Below, piece by piece: positions 11,627 through 20,310 of a DNA stretch of 25,492 bases. Source of the DNA: Armatimonadota bacterium. GTDB taxonomy: Bacteria > Actinomycetota > Acidimicrobiia > Spongiisociales > UBA5794. The translations under genes and the position numbers were made by a program. Every line of letters begins with the position of its first letter. The stretch's first letter is position 1. Location: NCBI GenBank assembly GCA_008501565.1, contig QQUL01000260.1:1-25492 (forward strand), given 5' to 3'. The notes beneath the pieces are model-generated. The model saw only the letters and a program-made list of their open reading frames with translations, was not told where the DNA came from and did not search any database.

Positions 11627-14587
11627 ATGGAAACGATCGACGTAGCAGAAACACGGATCGACCCATCTGAGTGGGACGCCCACATCGCTCCGCCCGGATA
11701 TGCGCAAATGGTCGTTGGGGGGCCGGGCACCGGAAAGACAGAATTCCTCTGCCGTCGTGTGGTGGCTGCGATCAACGACGGCTGCGATCCGGCATCGATC
11801 GCAGTTCTCACCTTCTCCCGCCGCTCGGTCAACGACGTCCGGACCCGGCTGTTTTCTGCAATCGGGTCGGCGTCGTATCGGGTGCAGGTCGCGACATACC
11901 ACTCGCTGGCGAACCGGCTGGTCGAAGCCCATCACGCTGCCCTCGGTTGGGCAGCTGCACCAACGGTGCTCGCAGGTCCCGAACATGAACGATTCGTCCT
12001 GTCGATCCTTGAGCAGGAAGACCCCAACAACTGGCGAGCCCCGTATCGACCAATCGTCAAAACACCAGCGATGGCATCGGAGGTCACCGACTTCATTCTT
12101 CGGTTCCACGAACAGACGATGACGATCGCCGATCTGGAACGTTCATCCGTGCCCGAGTGGGAGGGGCTGGCCGGGTTTCTTCGACGCTACGACGAGGAAC
12201 TCACCGCAACGGGTCGCATCGACTATGGCCGATTGCTGAACGAGGCCGTGCTGGTACTCGAAACGAACCCCGGCATCGTCGCGAGTTACTCCCATGTCTT
12301 CGCAGACGAGTATCAGGACACGTCCCACGCCCAGGCACGGCTGCTCTTCGGGCTCGCACAGCACTCGAAATCACTCACGGTCGCCGGGGATCCGTACCAG
12401 TCGATCTATTCGTTCCGTGGAACCGATCTCGACAACGTCCTCAACTTTCCCACCCACGCTGCCAGTCAACTTGGCACGAAAGCCGACCGGCTCGTCCTTA
12501 CGACCTCGTTCCGCGTTCCCGAGCAAATCCTTGAGGCAGCCGTCAACGTCACCGGCCGTGCACTTCCGGGTGCCGCCGGAAAGGTCAAGAGCATTCGCAC
12601 CCGTGGCTCCGTCGCGACACACGTGTTCGACAACCCCGACGCCGAAAGCGAGTGGATCGCAAGCGACATCGAGCGCCTCCACCTCGTCGACGGCATCGCG
12701 CTCTCCCGTATTGCGGTGTTCACCCGCTCGGGTGGAAGCTTTCACCATCGGGTGGCAGCATCCCTCGACCGGCGATCGCTCCCGCACACCCTCACCCTTG
12801 AACAACTCGAAGATCAGCCGGTGGTGCGGTTCGTCCATGATCTCGTTGCCGTCGCAGGATCCGACGAGAGCATCGTCGACCGGCCAGACGTCACGGACAC
12901 CATGCGAAGCATCCTGTTGGGGCCGTTCATGGCGGCAGCCCCAGCGACCGTGAACGCCGTCGTCAGGCGAGTGAACGATGGAGCGGAGTGGTCGACGGAG
13001 ATCGCTGAACGCATCCCACATGGGCGCGCAATCGCGTCGCTCCTCAACGACCACGCCTGGGCAACGGAGATGCCGGCCGAACAGGGACTTTGGCACCTGT
13101 GGAAGTCGCTCCCCCCACTCCACGGAATCGCGGTTGACGACGACAGAATCCCGGATCGGAGGGCGTGGTCTGCGTTCGCCCAGTCTGTGACCCGATTCGG
13201 TTCGCGCGCCCCGCACGCGACACTGCGCGACCAGCAGATCCTCTCGGCAACATCCGACATAGAGGCCGATCCCCTCTTCAGTTTCCGAGCCGGGCCGGCT
13301 GCAGGCGTGGCAATCGCCACTCTGCACGCTGCAAAGGGCACCGAGTACGACGCGGTGTACATAGCTCATGCTGTTGAGGGTTTGTTGCCCGATCTTCGGA
13401 CGAAGGACTCGCTGCTCAAGACTCGGCTGCTGAACCCTCAGCTACCCGAAGACCCAAGCGCGTATGTGCAGTTTCGCCTGAGTGAGGAGCGTCGCCTTGC
13501 ATACACGGCGATGACCCGGGCGACCGACCGCGTCGTGTGGACCGCGACCGTTGTCGACAACCCATCCGAGCAGATCGAACCGAGCCGCTTCCTTCGCCAG
13601 ATCGGTGAGCCGATTCGACCGGTCGGTGTCGATCGACCGCTGACACGTCGCGGCTACGAAGCTGCTCTCCGGCGGACAATGCACGATCCCCTCGCTCTTG
13701 ACGTTGAGCGGCTTGCCGCGATGATCATTCTCGCCGAGGGACCGGATCACGGTTTCGACAGTCCGACCGACCGCTATGGCGTAGCCGTCGAAGGCACCGA
13801 TCAAGGCTTTGTCCCGTCCGATCATCGGCTTTCCCCAAGCCAGGCGAACACCTATGACCAATGTCCACGCAGGTTTGCGTTTGACAGATTTGCGACTCGA
13901 TTGCAGACGTCAACGTTCAACATGGAACTCGGAACCCTCATCCACAAGGTGCTCGAGCTTGCAGAAGCGGAAACCATCGAGTCCGGTCGTGAACGAAGCA
14001 CCTTGGCGAGGGCATTGGAGATTCTGGAGAGCCTTTGGGACGAGTACGACTTCGGCTCTGCTCCGGTCGCTTCGTCGTGGCACCGCAGAGCCGTGTCAAT
14101 CCTTGAGCATCAGTATCAGAAGTGGCCGGCGTCCGGTCCTCCTGTGCGGGCAGAGGTCTCGCTGTCACTCCAACTCGACGGAACGAACTGGAAAGGGACC
14201 GTCGACCGGATCGAACGGATCGGGGACGCGTTGAAGATCGTCGACTACAAGACCTCGAAGTCGGTGCCGACAGTCGCGGAGGCGGCTGCATCCCTGCAAC
14301 TCGGGTTCTATGTCCTTGCGACGGCTGCCGATCCCGAGTTGGCAACCATCGGAACGGTCCGCGGAGCCGAGTTCTGGTTTCCTGCGCCCGAACCAAGCAA
14401 GGACGCCATCAAGACTCGATCGTTTGACATGACGAACCTTGACGCAGTCCGCGAGCGACTCGAAACGATCGCACACGCCGTCCACGACGAAGACTTCCCG
14501 GCGACCCCGAACAGTGACTGCCATCGCTGTGATTTCCTGTCCGTTTGCCCTGCACAGAAAGAGGGACGGGAGGCGTTTGCGAGATGA
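11627..14587 (+). CDS. adnA: AdnA-like UvrD/SF1A helicase fused to a RecB-type nuclease with Fe-S staple
   Basis: GGPGTGKT, DEYQD, GDPYQSIYSFRG, TTSFR, TLHAAKGTEY, YTAMTRA; nuclease LSPSQANTYDQCP, GTVDRIE, IVDYKTS, CHRCDFLSVC. It is the first of two tandem helicase-nucleases, as in the actinobacterial adnAB pair. Confidence 0.85.
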   Translation: METIDVAETRIDPSEWDAHIAPPGYAQMVVGGPGTGKTEFLCRRVVAAINDGCDPASIAVLTFSRRSVNDVRTRLFSAIGSASYRVQVATYHSLANRLVEAHHAALGWAAAPTVLAGPEHERFVLSILEQEDPNNWRAPYRPIVKTPAMASEVTDFILRFHEQTMTIADLERSSVPEWEGLAGFLRRYDEELTATGRIDYGRLLNEAVLVLETNPGIVASYSHVFADEYQDTSHAQARLLFGLAQHSKSLTVAGDPYQSIYSFRGTDLDNVLNFPTHAASQLGTKADRLVLTTSFRVPEQILEAAVNVTGRALPGAAGKVKSIRTRGSVATHVFDNPDAESEWIASDIERLHLVDGIALSRIAVFTRSGGSFHHRVAASLDRRSLPHTLTLEQLEDQPVVRFVHDLVAVAGSDESIVDRPDVTDTMRSILLGPFMAAAPATVNAVVRRVNDGAEWSTEIAERIPHGRAIASLLNDHAWATEMPAEQGLWHLWKSLPPLHGIAVDDDRIPDRRAWSAFAQSVTRFGSRAPHATLRDQQILSATSDIEADPLFSFRAGPAAGVAIATLHAAKGTEYDAVYIAHAVEGLLPDLRTKDSLLKTRLLNPQLPEDPSAYVQFRLSEERRLAYTAMTRATDRVVWTATVVDNPSEQIEPSRFLRQIGEPIRPVGVDRPLTRRGYEAALRRTMHDPLALDVERLAAMIILAEGPDHGFDSPTDRYGVAVEGTDQGFVPSDHRLSPSQANTYDQCPRRFAFDRFATRLQTSTFNMELGTLIHKVLELAEAETIESGRERSTLARALEILESLWDEYDFGSAPVASSWHRRAVSILEHQYQKWPASGPPVRAEVSLSLQLDGTNWKGTVDRIERIGDALKIVDYKTSKSVPTVAEAAASLQLGFYVLATAADPELATIGTVRGAEFWFPAPEPSKDAIKTRSFDMTNLDAVRERLETIAHAVHDEDFPATPNSDCHRCDFLSVCPAQKEGREAFAR

Positions 14588-17500
14588 CCCTTGTCCCGAC
14601 CAGCGAACAACACGAGATCATCGCCTATCCCAAGCGGCACGTCCGGGTCGCTGCCGGTGCCGGGACCGGAAAGACCACAACCATCGTCGAACGCCTTGGA
14701 GCGTTCGTTGAGGGTGGAACATCGCCGACGCGGGCACTTGGCATCACATTCACGGTGAAAGCAGCCGACGAGCTGAGGAATCGGCTCAGAGAGCGTCTGG
14801 CGTCCGAAACCGACAGCGAAGAGGTCGAAGTTGCCACCTATCACGGATTTGCGACGTCGATCCTCGACGAGTTCGGTCCGTTGGTCGGGTTTGAACCCTC
14901 GTCGCTGCTGCTTGACGACGGCCATCGATCCGAACTCGGACAGCTTGTCCTCAGATCGACACCATCCAATCTGGATCTCACCGCCATGGATGCACGGGTT
15001 GCAGACCTCCTCGATCTCAATGACGCCCTTGACCGTCACCTGCTGTCAACCCAACAGCTCATCGATGGCGCCCCCGCTCACGGCGACGACCGGACCATGG
15101 AGACGTGGGAAAAACGTATCGATTTGGCGACCGTGGCAGCCACGTACCGATCAGAGAAGGAGCGGCTCGGTCTCATCGAGTTCTCCGACCTGATCGCCAA
15201 GGCCGTGGAGGTGGTGACCTCGTACCCCGATATCGCAGCCGAACTTGCTGCACGCTATGACGTCGTGTTGCTTGACGAGTACCAAGACACCGACCCTGCT
15301 CAACGGATTCTCCTCACAGCCATCTTCGGCCCATCCGCCGCGGTAACAGCCGTCGGCGATTCCGACCAGACGATCTACGAGTGGCGTGGTGCGTCCCTTG
15401 ACAACTTCGATGCGTTCCCGGAGCACTTTCCACGCAGCGATGGCGAACCGACGGAAACACTCCCGTTGAGCCTGAACCGTCGCTCCGACCGACTCATCAT
15501 CGATCTTGCCAACACCATCAAAGCTGAGCTGCCGTCGATTGAGGGCTCTGAACCACTTGTCCCCCGCCCCGAGGCAGGCGACGGATCCCTGGTAGTTGCG
15601 TGGTTTGGCTCCGAACGTGAGGAAGCGGGCTGGATAGCCGAAGACATCCTGCGTCGACACGACGACGGCACCGCTTTCAGCGACACGGCCATCCTGGTGC
15701 GGAAACGTGCCTGGATCCCCTTGCTGGTTGCCGCGCTGCGTGAATTCGATATCCCGACGTCGGTCAGTGACCCTGGCACCTTGCTCCAGATTCCGGAGGT
15801 CGCAGATGTCCTGGCGTGGCTACGGATCGTGTCGAATCCCGATGCCGAGCCGGCACTGCTCCGAATTCTCATGGGAGGTCAATACCGGTTGGGATTGGCC
15901 GACCTCAACGCTCTCAAGGTGCACGCCGACACCATCGACGCCGATTCGATCATGGCATCGGTGATGACACCATCACAGGTCGACGGTCTCAGCCAGACGA
16001 CTGCTTCACAGCTCACTCGCTTCGCGGCGATCCATGAGGAGTTGATGCGGTACGCACAGGCAAACACAGTCGCCAATACGATCAATCAGATCATCACGAC
16101 GATCGGATTCTGGGACGAAGCGGCAGCGCTGCGTCCAGGCGAGGCGACGACGGCACGACTCAACATTGCCCGGTTCGTCAATGTGGCCAACGGGTGGCGA
16201 CCCATCGAAGGGCGACCCACGGTCAGCCGGTTCCTTCGCTACATCGATGCGTTGAACGAATCAGGGAGAGACGAAGCCCTCACCCCTCCCACAGCATCCG
16301 TCGTCGACGCGGTGGAACTCACCACCGTCCACGGGGCAAAGGGCCTCGAGTGGGGAACCGTCTATCTCCCCGGTCTTCAGGCGGATGGCTTCCCGATGTC
16401 TGCAAGGCGCCATGACGATCCCGACAGGCACGCCATGTTGCTTCCGTACGAACTCAGGCTCGACGCCGAGCACCTGTCAGAGCTCGCTGCAACCTCAGGG
16501 AACAGCCGAAAAGAACACCTCACTGAAAGAAACACGCAGAGCGAGCACCGGCTTGCGTATGTCGCCGTCACGCGCGCAAAGCACACGATCACGATGTCGG
16601 GTCACGTGTGGCAGGATCACCTCAAACGTCCGAAGAAGCCCTCGCCCTACCTGCTGATGGCACGGGACGTCCCGGGTGCCACGATTGGACCATGGGTCGA
16701 CGAACCGGGCGAACCACCAACGATTGCCCCGTTCTCCGACAGCGACACGGTTCCCGATCCGCTTTTCGGCCATGACGTGGGAACTGCCTTCCGCAAGATC
16801 ATCGCCGACCCGACCACCGTTGCCGCGGATTACCCAGAATTGGTCGATGCGGTGTCTGAGCGAACCCGTCAGCTCACGATTGAGATCGGAGATCTTTCAG
16901 AACCGACAGCCGATCCCACGCCGAAGCCCTTTTCGACTGCTGTGACGAACCTTGTCGCTCTTGCTCAGTGCCCTCTGAAGTTCAAGTGGGTGCACCACGA
17001 CAAACTCCCACGACGTCCGTCGAAAGCTGCCGTCCGAGGGACCGAGTTCCATCGAAAGGTCGAGCTCCACAACCTCGGAGTGATCTCCCTCGACGACGCT
17101 CTACCCGCCAGCTACGACGCCGTGGAGACTGACGAAGCGTTCGTCGACGAGGACTGGACGCCTTCGGATCCTTGGAGCGTCTTCGAAGCATCACGCTTCG
17201 CACACATGAGGGCCCGCTTCACCGAGGCACCGTTTGAATTCGCGATCGGATCGGGATCCATTCGAGGCAAAATCGATGCCATCTATGAACCATCACCCGG
17301 GATCTGGGAAATCGTTGACTACAAATCGGGACGACCCTCCGCAGATCCAGCCCGAATGGTCCAGCTCAAGGCGTATGCGGTTGCGGTCGCTGACGGTGCC
17401 GTGTCATCGGAGACACCCGAGGCGATGAGCGTTTCATTTGCCTACTTCGGCGGTACCGAAGCCGAAGAGATTTCCGAAGCCGTCGACGATCAATGGATTG

Positions 17501-17643
17501 CCGAGGCGAAGATCGAGATCGCCCGTCTGGTCGACATCGGCGCCGAGGGACCGTGGACCGCAACGCCATCACCCGCGTGCCGCTTCTGTGACTTCCTCGT
17601 CCACTGCGACGCAGGCAAGGCTTTTCTGACGTCTGACGTCTGA
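14584..17643 (+). CDS. adnB: AdnB-like UvrD/SF1A helicase fused to a RecB-type nuclease
   Basis: AGAGTGKT, DEYQD, GDSDQTIYEWRG, LNRRS, TVHGAKGLEW, YVAVTRAK; nuclease AQCP, GKIDAIY, IVDYKSG, QLKAYA, CRFCDFLVHC. ATGA overlap with the adnA stop. Confidence 0.87.
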   Translation: MTLVPTSEQHEIIAYPKRHVRVAAGAGTGKTTTIVERLGAFVEGGTSPTRALGITFTVKAADELRNRLRERLASETDSEEVEVATYHGFATSILDEFGPLVGFEPSSLLLDDGHRSELGQLVLRSTPSNLDLTAMDARVADLLDLNDALDRHLLSTQQLIDGAPAHGDDRTMETWEKRIDLATVAATYRSEKERLGLIEFSDLIAKAVEVVTSYPDIAAELAARYDVVLLDEYQDTDPAQRILLTAIFGPSAAVTAVGDSDQTIYEWRGASLDNFDAFPEHFPRSDGEPTETLPLSLNRRSDRLIIDLANTIKAELPSIEGSEPLVPRPEAGDGSLVVAWFGSEREEAGWIAEDILRRHDDGTAFSDTAILVRKRAWIPLLVAALREFDIPTSVSDPGTLLQIPEVADVLAWLRIVSNPDAEPALLRILMGGQYRLGLADLNALKVHADTIDADSIMASVMTPSQVDGLSQTTASQLTRFAAIHEELMRYAQANTVANTINQIITTIGFWDEAAALRPGEATTARLNIARFVNVANGWRPIEGRPTVSRFLRYIDALNESGRDEALTPPTASVVDAVELTTVHGAKGLEWGTVYLPGLQADGFPMSARRHDDPDRHAMLLPYELRLDAEHLSELAATSGNSRKEHLTERNTQSEHRLAYVAVTRAKHTITMSGHVWQDHLKRPKKPSPYLLMARDVPGATIGPWVDEPGEPPTIAPFSDSDTVPDPLFGHDVGTAFRKIIADPTTVAADYPELVDAVSERTRQLTIEIGDLSEPTADPTPKPFSTAVTNLVALAQCPLKFKWVHHDKLPRRPSKAAVRGTEFHRKVELHNLGVISLDDALPASYDAVETDEAFVDEDWTPSDPWSVFEASRFAHMRARFTEAPFEFAIGSGSIRGKIDAIYEPSPGIWEIVDYKSGRPSADPARMVQLKAYAVAVADGAVSSETPEAMSVSFAYFGGTEAEEISEAVDDQWIAEAKIEIARLVDIGAEGPWTATPSPACRFCDFLVHCDAGKAFLTSDV

Positions 17644-17650
17644 CGTCTGA
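17626..17650. repeat. (CTGACGT)x3.5 heptamer tandem repeat at the convergent adnB/dtd junction
   Basis: ctgacgt-ctgacgt-ctgacgt-ctga; it contains the adnB TGA stop. Confidence 0.85.
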
Positions 17651-17652
17651 GA

Positions 17653-18108
17653 TCAGAGGATCTTGCCTTCTCGGCTCTCGACGATGATGGTGACGGGCCC
17701 GTCGTTGACGAGGCTCACTTCCATCATCGATCCGAAGACACCGGTCTGCACTTCGAGCCCACGTGACGCGAGTTCGGTACAGAATCGTTCCACAAGGGGT
17801 TGTGCCTCCTCAGGTCGAGCTGCTGCGACGAACGATGGACGGCGACCCTTGCGAATGTCTCCGGCGAGCGTGAACTGGGATACGACGAGTACTCCACCCT
17901 CGACATCTTCAACTGACCGGTTCATCTTGCCTTCGCCGTCGCGGAAGATCCGTAGATCAGCAATTTTGGACGCGCACGCGACTGCATCGACATCGGAGTC
18001 TCCAACCTCAACACCAACGAGCACGACAAGCCCAAGCCCAATCTCACCGACGGTCAGCCCATCGATGTCCACTCGGCCAGTTCGGACTCGCTGCACGACG
18101 ATCCGCAT
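17653..18108 (-). CDS. dtd: D-aminoacyl-tRNA deacylase
   Basis: MRIVVQRV, KIADLRIF, VSQFTLAGD..KGRRPSF and the NDGPVT Gly-cisPro motif; 151 aa from ATG 18108. Confidence 0.96.
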   Translation of the reverse strand: MRIVVQRVRTGRVDIDGLTVGEIGLGLVVLVGVEVGDSDVDAVACASKIADLRIFRDGEGKMNRSVEDVEGGVLVVSQFTLAGDIRKGRRPSFVAAARPEEAQPLVERFCTELASRGLEVQTGVFGSMMEVSLVNDGPVTIIVESREGKIL

Positions 18109-18153
18109 CGTCAGTACCCCTTCTTCGGACAACGAGAACCTACACTCGCCACG

Positions 18154-19068
18154 ATGATTCTCGACTCCATCACATCGTTTGTGCGCGGCTTCGCCATGGG
18201 CACAGCCGATCTCGTTCCCGGCGTCTCGGGTGGAACGATCGCCCTCGTGTTCGGTATCTACGAGAAGCTTGTCGCATCGATCCGGGCCGGCTCTTCGGCC
18301 CTTGGCAGCCTCGTGCGAGCCGACGTGACTGGCTTCCGACGGTGGATGGGTGAGGTCGAGTGGCGATTCATCATTCCGCTCGGAATGGGGATCCTTTTCG
18401 CCGTCGTGTCTCTCGCACAGGTCATCAGTGATCTCCTCCACAACGAACCGGTCCTGATGGCGTCTCTGTTCGTCGGATTGGTTGCCGGGTCGATGGTCGT
18501 GGCGTGGAACATGATCAGGAGACCCGAAGCAGCACACCTGTGGATCGCACTCGCCGTCGGTGTGGTTGTCTTCTTCCTTCTTGGGCTTCGGTCCGGAACA
18601 ACCGAGGACACGGTGCAACAGGTCACTGATCCCGCAATGTGGGCCTATTTCGGCGCCGGAGCCATCGCGATCTGCGCCATGATTCTGCCCGGCATATCCG
18701 GTTCGTTCATCCTGATCATGCTTGGGATGTACACACCGGTGCTTGGAGCGGTCACCGACCGCAACGTCGGAGTCGTCCTCATCTTCATGGTCGGGGCGGT
18801 CGTCGGGCTCGCCCTCTTCTCCCAACTGCTCCACCGTGCCCTCACGACCCGCCACGACGTCGTGCTCGCTGCCCTGGTCGGCCTGATGGGTGGATCCCTT
18901 CGTGTCCTGTGGCCTTGGCCGCTCGGCGTCGATTCAACCAAGCTCGGCTCCCCCGACTCCGATGTCGCACTTGCACTCGTCATGGCTGTGATCGGCTTCG
19001 GGTTTGTGCTGGTCATCGCGAGATTCGCAGCGCAGATCGAGGAATCCAACGCACCGTCCACGGACTGA
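18154..19068 (+). CDS. DUF368 family membrane protein (undecaprenyl-phosphate translocase family)
   Basis: GFAMGTADLVPGVSGGTIALVFGIYE and the internal repeat AICAMILPGISGSFILIMLGMY are the DUF368 signatures. Confidence 0.92.
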   Translation: MILDSITSFVRGFAMGTADLVPGVSGGTIALVFGIYEKLVASIRAGSSALGSLVRADVTGFRRWMGEVEWRFIIPLGMGILFAVVSLAQVISDLLHNEPVLMASLFVGLVAGSMVVAWNMIRRPEAAHLWIALAVGVVVFFLLGLRSGTTEDTVQQVTDPAMWAYFGAGAIAICAMILPGISGSFILIMLGMYTPVLGAVTDRNVGVVLIFMVGAVVGLALFSQLLHRALTTRHDVVLAALVGLMGGSLRVLWPWPLGVDSTKLGSPDSDVALALVMAVIGFGFVLVIARFAAQIEESNAPSTD

Positions 19069-19069
19069 A

Positions 19070-20308
19070 CTATGACACCGGCTTCGTCGGTGCATCCACC
19101 GGTGCAGGCAACGGTGGTGAGAAGAGCCGGAACACGATCGGCGAGAGGATTGCCGTAACGCCGACCAGCAGTACCGCACCGGCAGACAAACCCTCATCGA
19201 TCACGCCAATCTGCACACCCACCTCGGCGAGGGCAATGATCACGCTCAGCTGACCGGCGAGCAGGACACCTGACCCGAGGGAGTCGCGAAACGACAGCCC
19301 GCGGAACATGAGCAGCGGGGAAGGCAGCATCTTTGCGAGCACCGCCACAACAATGATCGCCGCAGCGGTTCGCAGGACGGTGGAATCCTGCAATGCATCG
19401 AGCGGAAACGCCACACCGACGGAGATGAAGAAGATCGGGATCAGGAAGCCGTACGCGAACCCGGAGATCCGTGCCTCGAGGTCTCCCGATCTCCGGAACA
19501 CGAAGGCGAAGATCGCTCCCGCCATGAACGCTCCGAGGATTGGATCCATGTCGAGTGCGAGGGACAGCCCCACGAACACGAAGAGCAACGCCAACGCGAA
19601 TCTGATACCGAGCTCGTCGGGGTCGTGGGAGGCGAAGAGGCGCTCAGCCTGTTGGGGGAACCACCAGGCAAGGGTACGCATCAACCACAACGCAACAAGA
19701 AGAATGACTGCGAAGAGCGGGACCGCGAGCATCTCGATGCCCCATCCCGACCGAAACCACACGGAAAACACGATGATCCCGGTCGCCGCAAGGAACTCGG
19801 CGATGATCCCGAGAACAATCGTCAACTGACCCTGTCGGGTACCGGATCGATTCCCGGCACGAAGTGCGGGAATGATGATGCCGGCTGAGGCGGCTGACAC
19901 GAGGAGCGTCAGGAAGACACGCTCGTGCACAGTGTCGAGGCCGACGAAGCCGAACCCGATCCAGGCAAGCCCGACGAACAGTGCATATCCGATGAGCCCG
20001 CTGATGATGGGGCCCTTGCCTTCACGCTCAAGTGAATTGAAATCGATCTCGAATCCCGCAAGAAACATCAGCAGGAAAAGGCCGATCTCGGCGAGAACAA
20101 GAATGAACCCCTCGGACGTCGACTCGGCCGGGATCCAGCCGAAAACCTGGGGCCCGATGAGGAGACCAAACAGAATCTCAAGGACCACAGCGGGGATCCC
20201 GATGGCGCGGGCGACCAGGGGAAGAAGAAACGCTGCGAACCCTATGACCACAAATGTTGTTGCATTGGGGAGGACACTGTTTGCGGCTTCGACCGCGAAA
20301 ACGAGCAC
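19070..20308 (-). CDS. CPA2-family cation:proton antiporter
   Basis: About 12 TM segments, LAEIGLFLLMFLAGFE, ILGAFMAG, GFLIPIFFISVG. The probable GTG start at 20308 lies just after the RCK-USP gene stop. Confidence 0.9.
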   Translation of the reverse strand: MLVFAVEAANSVLPNATTFVVIGFAAFLLPLVARAIGIPAVVLEILFGLLIGPQVFGWIPAESTSEGFILVLAEIGLFLLMFLAGFEIDFNSLEREGKGPIISGLIGYALFVGLAWIGFGFVGLDTVHERVFLTLLVSAASAGIIIPALRAGNRSGTRQGQLTIVLGIIAEFLAATGIIVFSVWFRSGWGIEMLAVPLFAVILLVALWLMRTLAWWFPQQAERLFASHDPDELGIRFALALLFVFVGLSLALDMDPILGAFMAGAIFAFVFRRSGDLEARISGFAYGFLIPIFFISVGVAFPLDALQDSTVLRTAAAIIVVAVLAKMLPSPLLMFRGLSFRDSLGSGVLLAGQLSVIIALAEVGVQIGVIDEGLSAGAVLLVGVTAILSPIVFRLFSPPLPAPVDAPTKPVS

Positions 20309-20310
20309 GG

